A stretch of DNA of 60,566 nt, counting the filler, from Piptocephalis cylindrospora (Eukaryota), in the NCBI GenBank assembly GCA_003614145.1. It is 12 parts of 12 records of this genome, joined end to end, with 100 filler letters (N's around TTAATTAATTAA, not from the genome) between each part and the next. Parts side by side here need not be neighbours in the genome. Positions count along the whole stretch, not along the records: positions 45,598 to 50,524 come from KZ988454.1; positions 50,625 to 55,551 come from KZ988455.1; positions 55,652 to 60,566 come from KZ988456.1; 9 more parts are not named here. The stretch is one strand, 5' to 3'. Of the stretch, positions 46,996-59,615 are shown piece after piece. Below the pieces are notes generated by a model. It had not been told where the DNA came from. It searched no databases and saw nothing but the letters and a program-made list of their open reading frames with translations. A program made the position numbers and the translations under genes. How positions within the stretch are numbered: the first letter of the stretch is position 1; the number at the start of each line of letters is the position of its first letter.

Positions 46996-48426
46996 GGCTT
47001 GATGGGATGAGTCTAACAAATGAGGATAATTGGAGGGGGGGGAGTGCGTCAAGGAAGGACTGAGCGGGACGGCAGAATCTAAATGGGATGGGATGGAATG
47101 GAGAGGGAGGATGAAACGATCAAATGGTGCGGAGGATGGGAGAGGATCGTCTTTAAAGCGAGAGAGGGAAAAGGAGGAAGGAGGAAGGTCGAGACAAAGA
47201 AAGTGACCCGACCGTCGGAGAACAAGGCAGATATATAAAGAATTGACGGATGGAAGAGCTAAGGGAGGATGGGGGAACAATGGACGAGTGTGAATGACCA
47301 GGGGAGAGAGAGACTGTGCGCCTTCCTGATGGGCGGGATCCAAGCCGACAAGGATGGGCCTTCTACTCGGCGTTGCCAAGCCATCTTCCTGTCTGGATGG
47401 GTGAATGGATGGATGGGTGGAGTAATGTCTAACAGGGTCCGAAACAGAGGGTGAAGCCCAAGGTCGCACGTGCAGCAGGGAGATAGGCAGGATGGTTAAA
47501 CAAGTGTTTGACCCTGCCTCTGACACTGAGCCCCCTTGCCTCTTCTATTAGACCCCCTTCTCCTCACCCCTTTGGTGTGCCATAGCAGAGATTGGTCACC
47601 GTGTCAACTCCGTTGCTTCTGACAGATCCGACTCCGACGGTAGGGACAAGAATGAATGGACAGAGCGGATGAGGAGGCGATAACTCCGCATTTACTGGTA
47701 CATCTTATACTCCGCTAGATGCGCGTTCTCACAGCGCAAGGATCTACACGATCCACATAGGGCAGAGTATGAGAGTAAGGGATGTTTTCTCTGGTGGGGG
47801 CGAGCCTCTAGTCAGACTGATCCTATTATCAATGGTCTTATCCATGTGAGGATGGAGATGAGGGAGGTTGGGGGAGAGGAGAGGATGGGCAAGGAGAAAG
47901 AACAGAGAAAATCATGACAAAGACTAATGCAGGATGGGATAATTCGTTGATCCGCTCCCTAGCTGACAGGCTCGCTTGGCGTTATTATTATCATCATCAT
48001 TAAAAGGCCATGTCGTACAGAAAAGGTTGACCTGTCGTTGTCCTGCGTAAGATGACTGGACTCGGGGTGATAGAGCCTACGAATGTTCTCAACGAAGACG
48101 ACCATCAGGCTCAAAGCATCAATGGATCAGAAAGCAGGTATATTAGTTCAACGAAAGGTTACTTTCCCAGTATAAAGGGAAAAGTGAGAGAAGGAAGATG
48201 GACCTGATAGCCCATGTGAAAGGGAAAGGAGTGGTGCACAGGTAGGGTGTGCGTGTCCCACCTCCATCCCTTCTAGACCGCTCCTTCTCCATCCCAGTCT
48301 CCACTCCAACTCAAGCTCAGCCTCATCGTTCCCTGTAAACACAACCGAAAAAAGACAGCACAGCATGGCACATCACATCACAACCGACCCGACCAACCGA
48401 CCAACGAACTAGAGTATGACTCGTCC

Positions 48427-49901
48427 CTACGCGTTATCGACATGGGTGGTGGCGATGCCTGCCACATCATCGGGCTTGGCCCCTGGGGCCTTTTCGAGGA
48501 CTGGCTGAGCAGGACTGACTTCTGCGGGAGGGGTGTCAGCGCCAGGGGGAGTGGAGGCGCCCGAGGCCTCTACTTGACTCGAGTCCTGTCGCATGACCTG
48601 CATGGTATAGACACTACTTGTACCTTGGGTGGTCTCCTCGCCGACAATGGCGGTCCGGTCAATGGGAGAGAGATCCGCGTAACTTCGGGTCTCGAGGGAG
48701 GGACGACGCTTGGGCTTGGAGTGGTCAAAGACAGTGAAGCGCTCCTCCATGGCCTGTTGCTCCTTGGAGAGGACAGGGGCGGGCTGACCGGGCTTGGGTT
48801 TTGCGCGCTTCTTGACCTTGAGCGGGTTATCCTCCAGGAGAAGCTCCTCGAGCTCGTGGGTAGCATCAAAGTTGGCATGCTTGGAATCGGGGATGAAGGG
48901 GGATTGGGCCTCCTTGGTGGCTAGTTGATCCCATGGGAGACCCTGGAACCAGGGATGGGCCTTGAGCCCATCCAGACCATCGGCATCGGCTCCGAGACGT
49001 CGGTGGATGTCGCGAGTGAGGAAGCCCCGGATGGCCGAGACGCACTCGGGGCTGACGCGATCCTCGACATCGGCGGGGAAGCGAAGTTCATCGTGGAGGA
49101 TGGCCTGGGTGAGGCTAGTATTGGTCTTGCCCCGGAAGGGTCTCTTCCCGAAGAGGAGCTCAAAGATGACGACACCAAGGGACCACCAGTCGACGGAGGC
49201 AAAGTAGCCCTTCTTCCTGAGTACCTCTGGGGCCATGTAGGCCATGGACCCGGCAACGGCAGTCAGAGGTCTCTTTTCATTGTACTGGACGGCAATGTTA
49301 AAGTCGGTGAGGTGGGCATGGCCCAGCTCGTCCAGGAGGATGTTGTCGGGCTTGAGATCCCGATGGACGACGCGTTTGGAATGAAGGTGGGCGAGGCCGA
49401 TGGAAACCTGGGCGCAGTAGAACTTGACGACGTCCTCGGGAAGGCCGTTTTGTCGACGATCGAGGTGAAAGCGGAGATCGCCACCGAGCATAAGATCAAG
49501 GACCATGAAGAGGTTCTCATCATCCTGGAAGGCAAAGCGAAGATTGCACACCAAAGGGTGCTGAACCTCTTCGAGTAGCCTTCGTTCCTGGATGATGTTC
49601 TCCACTGCCCGCATCTTGATGCATTTGGCCTTGTTGATATACTTGAGGGCGTAATTTCGCTTATCCCGCTTATGCTGGACGATGCGCACCTTTCCAAAGG
49701 CACCTTTCCCTACGGATCTTAGGAGGTGAAAGTGGGCCAGTTCGACTATGGGAGGAGTAGGATATGGGGATGAGTGAGTGAGAAGGGATGTAAAGTGAAT
49801 GAGGAGAGATGTAAAGTGGGGGAGGGAGGAGGAAAAAACCCACCTTCTACATTTTCATAATCAATTGCTTCCTCGCTACAACAGGCAAGGACGGCACCCA
49901 T
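48427..49901 (-). CDS. AGC-group Ser/Thr kinase, YANK/STK32 family
   Basis: MGAVLACC start, intron 49843-49746, GKGAFGKV, ALKYINK, FAFQDDENLFMVLDLMLGGDLRFHL, HRDLKPDNILL, TDFNIA, NFDATHELEELLLEDNPL. Confidence 0.93.
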
Positions 49902-50624
49902 GTTGAAGGATAGATGGGGTGAGAGGGTAGGGAGAGGAGGAGAAGGAAGGGCGGGTTGAGTAGAAAATGAAGATAAGGAGGAGGATTATATGGTCGGAGA
50001 CACCAATAAGAGTGTAAAGGAGATGGGTAAACCTATTTGGCCAAGAGAGGAGTCAGTGACATGGGATGCGTGAATGGATAAGGAGTTTCATCGAGCCTGC
50101 AATCGGCAAGCCTAAACTCACCAGGGAAGATGTGTGCAAAGCAAAGGTGGACGTACACTCAAGAGGCTCTCACAGGGCTTGAAGAGAGGTCAACAAAGAC
50201 ACGGAGTACGTCAAGGGGAAGAGAAGGGAGTAAAGGACACTAGGGGAAGTGGGAGGAAACTTGGGACATGTAAGGTTTGACGGTTTTGATATCCTAGTTT
50301 GAGGGGGAAGGGGGCTGTTGTCGAAGGAAATAGTGGGGGAAGGAGAGGGCTCGCGGAGCTTGAGGGGAGATGGAACCAAAGAGTAACTGGGAGAGGAGGG
50401 ACTTGGGGGGGGAGGGGTGATTACCCATTGGCACGGGGCTCCTCCGGTCGATCCCTCCTCCCCCTCTTTCCTTGATCTCTTCTCCCTCCTCCCCTACTGA
50501 CTGGCGAGAGGATGAATCGCATTGNNNNNNNNNNNNNNNNNNNNNNNNNNNNNNNNNNNNNNNNNNNNTTAATTAATTAANNNNNNNNNNNNNNNNNNNN
50601 NNNNNNNNNNNNNNNNNNNNNNNN

Positions 50625-50700
50625 TCTCTTCTGGGATGCGGCCCTCCTCCTCTGGCCTGGGCGACCGGTGCGAGGGTAATTCTTGGGGAGGGGGGGACAT
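50625..50700 (-). CDS. 5' start of the GGT gene, circularly permuted to the opposite contig end
   Basis: ATG at 50700 gives MSPPPQELPSHRSPRPEEEGRIPEE, continuing in frame through the 55-bp terminal repeat into 55496 and downward. Confidence 0.85.
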
Positions 50701-53223
50701 GTGGGTAAGAGGAAGATGAGGTCAACAGTGGAAGAGTGACCAAGACTGCGGGAAAGTGATAACTTGGTGCAAGTGGGCGGTAGGGGAGGGGGGGAGGGGA
50801 GTAATCTATCCTCAACACCGTCGTAGGGCGCGAGGTTGGGCTAGAGGGGCCAGGTTGGGGGATGGGCTGCTTTGGCTAGGGAGCAACAAAGGGTAGAGAG
50901 GAAGAGAAGGGTCACCAAGCAGGACGGGTGCAAGAATCAGGATATGGAGGGGAAAGACTCGAGGATATAGAAAAGGAGATATGCTGTTTAACAGAAAGAA
51001 AGACGAAGAACCAGATGGAGAGCGAGCGGGATTGTCCGATGGGTTCGCTGTCTTTATATAAGAGAGGAAGCGTGTGCCAGCATGGCACGGCCTAGAGGAG
51101 ATGATGAGCTCCACTCCAGTAGAGACATACGCCCCAGGGTACTTTTTGCATGTCCCTCCTCCTCTCCACCCTACTCTTCTCCAATAGCAAGGGGATTGTG
51201 ACACATGAGGAGGTGTTGATGCATGTAGAGGGGGGTCAGTGTCGTGTTGCACATTCACGCTGGTTTCCTTCATTAGGAAAGCGAAAGAGGGACGGACGGG
51301 GAGCGCGGTACCGGGGACGACTGGCTGGTAGTGGTGGGTATTTTTATTTAGTGTTCCTTACCATCGTTCTTTTTAACTTGAGTGGTGATCAATGCGAAAG
51401 GGAGGACGAGTGTGCAGCGCTGCGTACGAGAAGGGGGTATGGGCGTATCCATATGACAAGTCAGCCCCTACTCTCCTCCCCACCCCACTTCCGTTCTCAG
51501 AGATGAAGACAGGATCCGAAGATCTCTTTTTCCACCAATCCGGTTGTGCGACCATGTCTGAATGTAATTGGAGCCGGCGCTTTTCATGCATATTTCAATC
51601 ATTTTCCCATCCATTCTCCGTGTTTGTGTCTGTTTCTGTGCGCACGGGCCGCGCCTGTCCCGTCCCGATCCCTCATACCGTGTGGCCCATCATCGCTGAG
51701 GATTAAGAGCAAATCATCAACAAGAGCTGATCCTTGGATCGCCGTTTACTCCGCCCACGAGCAAGTCATCGGGAGAACAGAAATATGAAGGAGGAGGGAT
51801 ACAGTGCATACCTTGAAGACAGGGTGGGATATGACAACATGCTCGTCTTGGCAAGGTCAGGTGTCTGGAGGCGAGGGATGCAATATTAGTAAACATCCTA
51901 TGGCTATTTAGGCCGTCTAACAGGAGATGGTTTTACTCCAGGGCCCTCCTTGCGTTGATCATCCCTCCTCTCCTGGATCATTCGTGTGCTGACCTTTTCA
52001 TTTCGCCCGGTCCCAAGGCAGATCAAGGAGATGGGGGTACAGGTATCATTTCTTCACAAAAAAATAGAAATAATTCAGGGGATATTCCTTTCTCCTCTTT
52101 TTACTCCAAGGAGAGGTAATATGAATCCATCGTCACCCAGGCCATTGAGGCGGGTATTGTGTTCGGATGCCCATTTCGCCCATCCCACTAAGGGGGAAAA
52201 TATACCAGGCTCATCATCATCTACCGTCACCCTTCCCTCACCCCTTGATGGGGGGAGGAGGGGGGCACGAGCAAGCTTACACTGGATCAGGAGACCGCCC
52301 ACGATCCTTGACGACCGTACCCTTCTAGGGGAAGGGGCTTTATAGTCTAGCTGTGATATAAATCACATATTTTTCCCATCGCCCCCAGAGTGGCCCTTCT
52401 GCCGATGAATCATTTTGCCCTTCCTCTACTTCTACTTCGTCTCACTCCGCCTCCACCCTTTTACCCTCTAATCATCATCATCATCATCACTCACACTATA
52501 GTACCGTTGGCGCCATCATGGGTATCCCCATTTATTTACTTGACCGAGATGACTCGTCCATGGAAAGATCCCTGACCTCCCCAATCGAAGATCCTACTCC
52601 TATATCTTCCCAGCCATCACATGCCGCCCCTACCCTTCTTTCCTCTCCTCAATCATCCCATACAACCCCTGCCACCCCCTCATCTACCCCGTTACTTGAT
52701 CCGCCAAGACCTCTGCCGTTGCGTCGGGTCAATGCTCAACCCTATCCAGTCTCCCTTACTTCCCCCCAGCCACATCGTGATCCATCCACCCCTCATAACC
52801 CTAGGGAAGATTTGTATCGTCAGCTTTGGTTCGGTACAATTCCTATTAGAACAAGAAATCTAGGAATCTATCTCCCTTCCCCACCCTTTTCCTTTACATC
52901 CAGCCCATGGGCTTCACAGGATCTTCCAGCCTCTATCCTACCCACTTCTTCCCCCTTCGCCTCACCAGAACAAGAATCATCTTCCCTCTCCGGGATATTC
53001 CCCATCTCCTTGAGCCCGGGTCGTCCTGGAGGATGATCCTGCCCCTCTCTCTCTGCTGGTCAGGCGATCTGGTAAGGATTCGCCCTCTTCTAGTAATACT
53101 ATTAGGAAATTCCATTCCACCCTACTCCCCCTCAATATCATCACCCTCTCTCACAATACATACAGTGCTCAAAATAACTCCATTATCCTATTCATTTGGG
53201 AAAAAAAGGAATAAACACCTCTT

Positions 53224-55551
53224 TTAAATGGCAGAAGCGAGACCATGCTTCCTTCCATCGCTGACCGCTATAGAGAGGAAGTGAAGGGTCAGCTCGGTAA
53301 TTGGTGATCTACTACTCTACACGTCAAATTACCCTGGACTATCCCGCTCGCCAAACGCCGAACAACCTGGATGGCCGATTGACTCTTCTCGACTGGGGCC
53401 CATTCCAACACATGGCCTTTTGCCTCAAGGAACTTGGAGGTGGAGAGGGGGAATCCATCTTCCAGACTCAGAGACTCGGGATAGAGCTGGTGGTGCACCC
53501 TGGGGACTTCCACAGAATCCGCCAAGCCCATATCATAATCCAAAGTGTTCAATAGGACCTGGATCACTGCTGTAATGATTCTCGTACCTCCCGAGGCACC
53601 CAGCGCCATTTCGAATTTTCCATCCTTTTCCACGATCGTCGGGGTCCCACTAGACATAGGCCTCTTTCCTGGATGGATGTAATTGTTGGGAGAGGCAGGA
53701 AGGTCAAAGACATTGGTTTGATTCGGCGAGGAGAAATCGGCCATTTCATTGTTGAAGATGACCCCCGTCTTTGGGCTCATGACCCCTGATCCAAAGTACA
53801 AGTTGACCTGTGATAGGGAGGGAGGTGAGATGGACCTCTGATATTCGTACCTCATACCAGGTAATCCATGACCTACTGTAGACATGAGAGATACGGCCTG
53901 GTTGGACCCATCCACGACAGAGAGATGCATGGTTCCATGATTCTCAGGGGCCAGGAACTTTGGGTGGTAGTACTCCATGGGGAAGGTCCTTTCCTGCGGA
54001 AGAGAGGGGAAAGGGTTGAGATTTTGTCCTTTTTTTCTTCTCTAAATAGATACAACACAAATCTTACATCAGAGATATTCGCCCTGATTCGATCCGACCT
54101 TTCTTTACGCATCAATTCCTCAGCCACTTGATTAATCCCCTTGACATATCCAGGATCCCCGAGGATACCACGGTCGGCAAAGCCATATTTGAAGGCTTCC
54201 ACCATGCGATGGACCTCAAGGTCTCGAGAAGCGTTATCCTCTCGACCAAAATTGTATCTTTCAAGGATATTGAGGATTTCTAGGAGGATTGGCCCAGCGG
54301 TTGGAACCCCCCCCCGTGATGATCCGCCTCCCATGGTAGTAGGTGCTCTTTGTCTTCCGAAGGACAGCTTTATAATCCGATAGGTCCTTTAGGGTGATGA
54401 TACCTCCAAGCTGCTTGATATCCTCCACCATCCACTCTGCCACCTTACCCTGAGAGGAGATCGTGGTGGTGAGAGTCACTTACCCATACTTCTCTTGGGC
54501 GGCAGGGTGACCTACCTTATAAAAAGCATCCGCTCCATGCCTTGACACCATCTCCAAGGTCTCAGCATATCTGGGGCGATAGCATATATCTCCTTCGTTT
54601 AGGAGGGTGCCATTGGGGGCAAACACTTCTTTGAACCCCGGATCCCTGAGAAGAACATCGGTTAGAATGGGTGTGCGAAGTCTCTTGGATATAATAGCAG
54701 TGATGGGAAAGCCGTTCCGGTTCAGGGCGATAGATGGTTCAAACAAACGGTTCCAGGGTAGTTTTCCATACTGCCGGTGGGCTTCCTCAAGTCCTCGAAG
54801 CTCTCCGGGAATGGCGATGGCAAGAGGTCCAAAGATGCCGGACACGGGGTCCTTGACAAACATCCCCTCGGACGCTGCTCCAGGTGCAGTCTCTCTAAAG
54901 TCAATCATCTGGGATGTACCATTGGCGTCCCGAATGAGCATAAAGCCTCCCCCACCGATACCTATAGGATTGTGGATGAGTAAGAGTCACTCTCCCTCTT
55001 AGCTGAAAAGTATGCTTACCCGAAGAAAAGCTGTTGATACTTCCAACGCAAATGGTTGAGGCGATAGCAGCGTCCACGGAGGACCCTCCATCCTGAAGCA
55101 CCCGAGCCCCAATGTTCGAACATGTTTTATGTTCAGATGCCACGGCAGCATGCTCCCCAACCACCAGAATACTCTTACTTCGAGTTACTAGAGGAGATGG
55201 ATCAAATACATGGTGAGGTGGAAAGGGGCTGCGTGCTGAGTCAAGTAACATCACAAGCCCCACTATACCCATGTCCCTACCTCGATCGGCCTTGGCAACA
55301 ACAATGAGAATTCCAAAGAAGAGGAAGAGGGCTAGAACGACTAATCCAACGATGATGCTATTCCGAGTCTTTGGGGAAAGACGACAGGTCGAGGAGGCCC
55401 CAGGGGCAGGGTTCTGTCGCCATTTTCGACGAAAGTATCGATGGCCCGCCAGATCGGCCTGAGAATCCTCTGGGACATTAGGGAGGAGTCGAGTGCTCTC
55501 TTCTGGGATGCGGCCCTCCTCCTCTGGCCTGGGCGACCGGTGCGAGGGTAA
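53224..55551 (-). CDS. Gamma-glutamyltranspeptidase (type II membrane, Ecm38/Ggt-like), multi-exon
   Basis: TM helix IIVGLVVLALFLFFGILIVV; AVASE..CS.IG..L..GGS.VDAAIA; IDFRETAP; IPGELRGL; catalytic HGTMHLSVVD; NNEMADFS; PGKRPMSS; GASGGTRII; AVSDGRKHG; one +1 frameshift in C9 at 54307-54315. Confidence 0.93.
55497..55551 (+). repeat. Exact 55-bp terminal direct repeat of 50625-50679
   Basis: TCTCTTCTGGGATGCGG...GGTGCGAGGGTAA is identical at both ends of contig 11. Confidence 0.97.
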
Positions 55552-55715
55552 NNNNNNNNNNNNNNNNNNNNNNNNNNNNNNNNNNNNNNNNNNNNTTAAT
55601 TAATTAANNNNNNNNNNNNNNNNNNNNNNNNNNNNNNNNNNNNNNNNNNNNCCTCTAAGACAGCCTCAGGCCTCTCCCTTGGAATCTCCTGTCCCTCCCC
55701 AATTGCGTATCCCCA

Positions 55716-56184
55716 TCACCGAAGCCCAGAGAGATGAGATCCGGGATGATCCTCGGAGATGGCTGAGATTTCGGGAGCAAATGGAAGGGTAGGTCGAACG
55801 GGACCCAGACCATCCAAGGTGGAATGTGAGGTACGAGAGTCCGTTGGGGAGGGAGGAAAGGGGAGGGAGGAGGAGGAGTTGAAGTTGCTCTGCAAACCGT
55901 GGAAGAACTGTAGCCATGCCTAAAGCACGTGATGAGAGAGGGGAGGAGCATGAGTGTGAATAGGGCTCGAGCGGCCCTCCTGTCCGCATGCTTACCTGAC
56001 AGCCGTCCCAGATCTGAGCCGAGGTCTCGGCAAACCGGTCGACCTGAGGAAGGAGTTTAGTGGCGACGACCGAGTGGCAAGACGCGAAATTCTGATCGAT
56101 GGTCTGCAAGGTGAGGGTGATATTTTGTTCGAGCAGTTCAATCTGGTCGTAGATATCCTGGTCTGTGGGGGCTGGAAGAGGCAT
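55716..56184 (-). CDS. ASK1: DASH/Dam1 complex subunit Ask1 (3' end uncertain)
   Basis: QIELLEQNITLTLQTIDQNFASCHSVV...IWDGCQ, intron 55995-55920, then AWLQFF, matching the Ask1 N-terminal domain. Confidence 0.85.
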
Positions 56185-56438
56185 TGTGGGGGAAGGGGGA
56201 AGAAGAATGTTGTTTTGTTATTGTTCCATGCAAGAGAGCGGGGCTGTTTCTGTACTCTGCGCACTTTTTATCTCCTCAATGCAGAGAATGAGATTAGAGT
56301 AGTGGGACAGCGCGGTGGTTGCATGCAGAGCCACACGATGTAGGGGTCAGAGGGATAGCAAGTCAAACTCCTACCACTTCCCTGTCCTTACCCTCTTTCC
56401 TTTTCCATCCTTCTTGACCGTTTTTTCCCTGTCCTCCA

Positions 56439-57706
56439 ATGAACCCCTCTACGTCAGGACTATCAGGCCCGGAAAGCACGCCGGTGAATGTGAATCTGGT
56501 TCAGTCCATGGTGCCCTCTAAGCGTTTTGAGGTGGAGGCGCCGGTCAACTCGCTTTCCTTCCACACTTCGGGAGATCTCTTGCTGACGGCGTCGTCTCGT
56601 GGTCAGTCCATGCAGGTGATGAGCGTGGCGGATGGCAGGGCACAGAGGCCACTATACTCGAAAAAGTACGGAGTGGCCCATGCCCGGTTTACGCATCACC
56701 GTAATAACATCATCTACGCGTCGACCCACGAGGACGATGCCCTGCGTTACATGAGTCTGCACGACAATCGATACCTGGGGTACATGCGTGGACACAAAGG
56801 TCTCGTCACGGGGGTGGAGGTAAATCCGGTGAATGATCATGTCCTGTCGGTGTCACAGGATGGAACCCTTCGACTTTGGGATCTTCGATCTCCACAATGC
56901 CAGGGCCTTATCCACCTTGAGACCCCTCGATCCATCTGTGCTTGGGATGCACGTGGCACCTGGTTTGCCGTTGGGCGTGATGATGTCCGGGAGGTTCGAT
57001 TGTTTGACATGCGCTCCTTTGACTCTGTAGGTCTTTTCTTGCTTGGAGGAAGAGTGGTCTGAGATCCGCTTAGGTCTTTGGATGGACGGACTAACCTCCC
57101 CTCTCCTCTCCCCCCGATCATAGGGACCCTTCAAAACGTGGGGCTCCCTCCATGCCCCGGACGCCGGCCCCATGTCAAGGCTTCTCCTTTCTCCCGATGG
57201 CCAAAATGCCCTGGTGGCCACGGAGGGGAATGTGCATCTCCTGGTAGACGCCGTAGAGGGCAGGGTGAAACGGGCATTGAATGGTCATCAGTCCCTCGGT
57301 CCTATGGGTTGTGGGGAGGATGTGTGCTTTACCCCGGATGGCAAATTTGTCCTAGGTGGTACGTAGAGAGCAGAGGGGTTTAGCGTCGTCCATCTCTCAC
57401 GGGGTTATCATCCCCGCTTTCTCTCTCTTTCTCTCTTTATTAGGCTCAGCCACGGGTGAGGTGCATGTGTGGGATGTGGAGGAAGGAAGGTACGATGGCC
57501 AATCCTCCTTTTACCTCGATGCTCACAAATCTCCGGTCCATGGTGTAGCCTTTAACCCATCCTACGCCGTAATGGCCACGGCCGCTTCTGAAGTGGTAGG
57601 TTATCATGGATACGTCTAGCTCGGATAGAGAGAGAGGCTAACATACCTCATCCCTCACTAGGCATTATGGCAGCCGGACTGGCGTGGATTGTCCCCAAAG
57701 AACTAA
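56439..57706 (+). CDS. SWD2: WD40 protein Swd2/WDR82 (COMPASS/CPF subunit)
   Basis: LYSKKYGVAHARFTH, IIYAST..DDALRYMSLHDNRYL.Y..GH, D.TLRLWDLRS, LFDMRSFD/GPF, FTPDGKFVLG, FNP; three introns. Confidence 0.93.
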
Positions 57707-59615
57707 TTACCCCCTCTCCATCCCCTTGACCCATTTGCAAGAATGTACTTTTCACTTGCCCGTCCCTATCTTTCCATGTATGCCGTGAGAACAGTGTCTC
57801 TTGGCATACAGTCTGTAAAGCGGTATCGTGATTCGGGGTCCACTTGATCCAATGTGGTGTTGTAACTGAAAGTCTACCTGTTCCAAGGAGGAGCCATGGC
57901 TGGAACCTTACTTTTTCTATCTCATAGATCCAGAACCAAAAAAGGATAATTGCTTGAGTAAAGATCCAACGCCAAACAGAACATTTGCCTCAAGGGTTCA
58001 TTGGGAAAGCACACCATCTTTCCCTGATCGCACCCTTCTTTGATCTCTAATCACATGGTAAAATTAATAGGCGCTCCATGTCGGAATTCCATGTCTCGCT
58101 AGATTCGTTCCTCCTCTTGGAAGGTCTCAGGGAGGAGAGGGCCGCTGGTGAAGTGAGGTCGCATAGCCCCGCACAAACCACATACCTCTCCATGCTCTCT
58201 CTTGACATGTATACCCTTTCATCCTTGAACTCCTCCGTCTCCATTCTGATCCCCCTCCATTCCCGTACCCCGGAACACCTTCATACCACCCTCCATGTCC
58301 TGCACAGCTTGATCCAACGCCGATGAAAGCATCTCACGTTGTCGGGCTTCTTGCTCGGAAAGAAGAGGAAAGAGAAAGAAGTCACCCCACATCCCCCACA
58401 TCTCCCGCATTTTCCCCTCTCAACCAAGGTCTTTCTTCATCTCATAAACAACACAAATTCTGATATCGCTGACACCCAACTCCCTTGATCCCCGGTTTTA
58501 GTCAATGTTCGGACTCGTAAACTACGGTCGTAGATCCTTCATAGACAAGGGAAACGAGCCCGTCTGAGGGCCCCGATGCCGCCTGCACCATCTCACAAGT
58601 ATGATTGGGACAGACACGGTCTATCTCAGCCAATAAATCCTCTTGCCCCTTTCGTTATTTCATACAACCTAAATGAACCATCAGGACGCATGAGTGGCCA
58701 AGGTCACTTGGCAAAGGCTATCTCTACTACTCACCCTAAACAAGGTCTTTTATTTATTTAAAACCACATAAAAATTATCTACACACGGTACGTATCACGC
58801 TGCACACGACACAGACCTCCTCACCCCTCTCACATTGCCCACTAGACAGGATAAGCACGCGATCCCACAACCCTCCTCCCCCTATTGGCCAAAACGCCCC
58901 GGCCGTGGGAGTGTGCGCGTGTCCCACCCAACCCCCCCATCATGCTGTCCCCGCCTCCCTACCAGACATGGTGAGTGTGCGGGGGGACAAGGGCGGGAAG
59001 ACACGGCTTGAGGAGGGGGACCAGGAAAAAAAGGCGTCCATGTCCCGCGCCACTGCGGCCCGCGCACGATGGTGTGACATGTGTGGACTAGTCGTCTCGC
59101 CCTATGAAAGCCACATCCCTAGGCTCAAGACTGGGGAGGGGGACATACACACACATATGCGCGGTTAGATCGGATAATGATTGATTAGACAAGCGTCGTG
59201 CTTAGGGACAGCTACTAACACTGCTCTACACGGACGCCGTCACGCCTTCTCCTAAGCCCTACGGATAAGGCCAGCTCACCACCACCCTAGAGGAAGAGGG
59301 AGTAAGGTTGGAGCCCCTGTACGTAGTGAGTAGCCCATCTAAACCTTATCCATTCTTTTTTCCACGACGCGCCCCTCCCCTTCTGTGCAAGTGCGTTCTT
59401 TTTTTTAATCATGCCATTCCCTGGGTAATATTCCTAAAGGGGCTTTATCAAGGAGAAGAACAGATTTCATTATATAAGAAGGACTATTACACGCTCTCTC
59501 CCCTCTTCCTTCCTCCCCCCTTCTCCTTCTCCATCCATCATTTATTAATCCACCTCATCCTATCTCATCCTATATCACCTAATCTACCCTTCCCCTCCAC
59601 CTCCCCAATCATATC

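Noticed and set aside
46996..47526. 177-codon upstream extension of the globin-like ORF
   Set aside because: It begins at a non-ATG codon and is CT-rich like other 5' flanks here; the ATG at 46995 is preferred.
4999..55651. Regularly spaced TTAATTAATTAA palindrome about every 5 kb, superficially like an array
   Set aside because: Always flanked by exactly 44 N on each side with contigs sorted by size: an artificial linker. Gene order across linkers has no biological meaning, so no cross-contig cluster (e.g. GS + GGT + esterase D) is claimed.
58510..58562. GGACTCGTA...CTACG/CGTAG hairpin...GAAACGAGCCC resembling a hammerhead ribozyme
   Set aside because: Stem III and GAAA are suggestive, but the essential CUGANGA core is absent on both strands.
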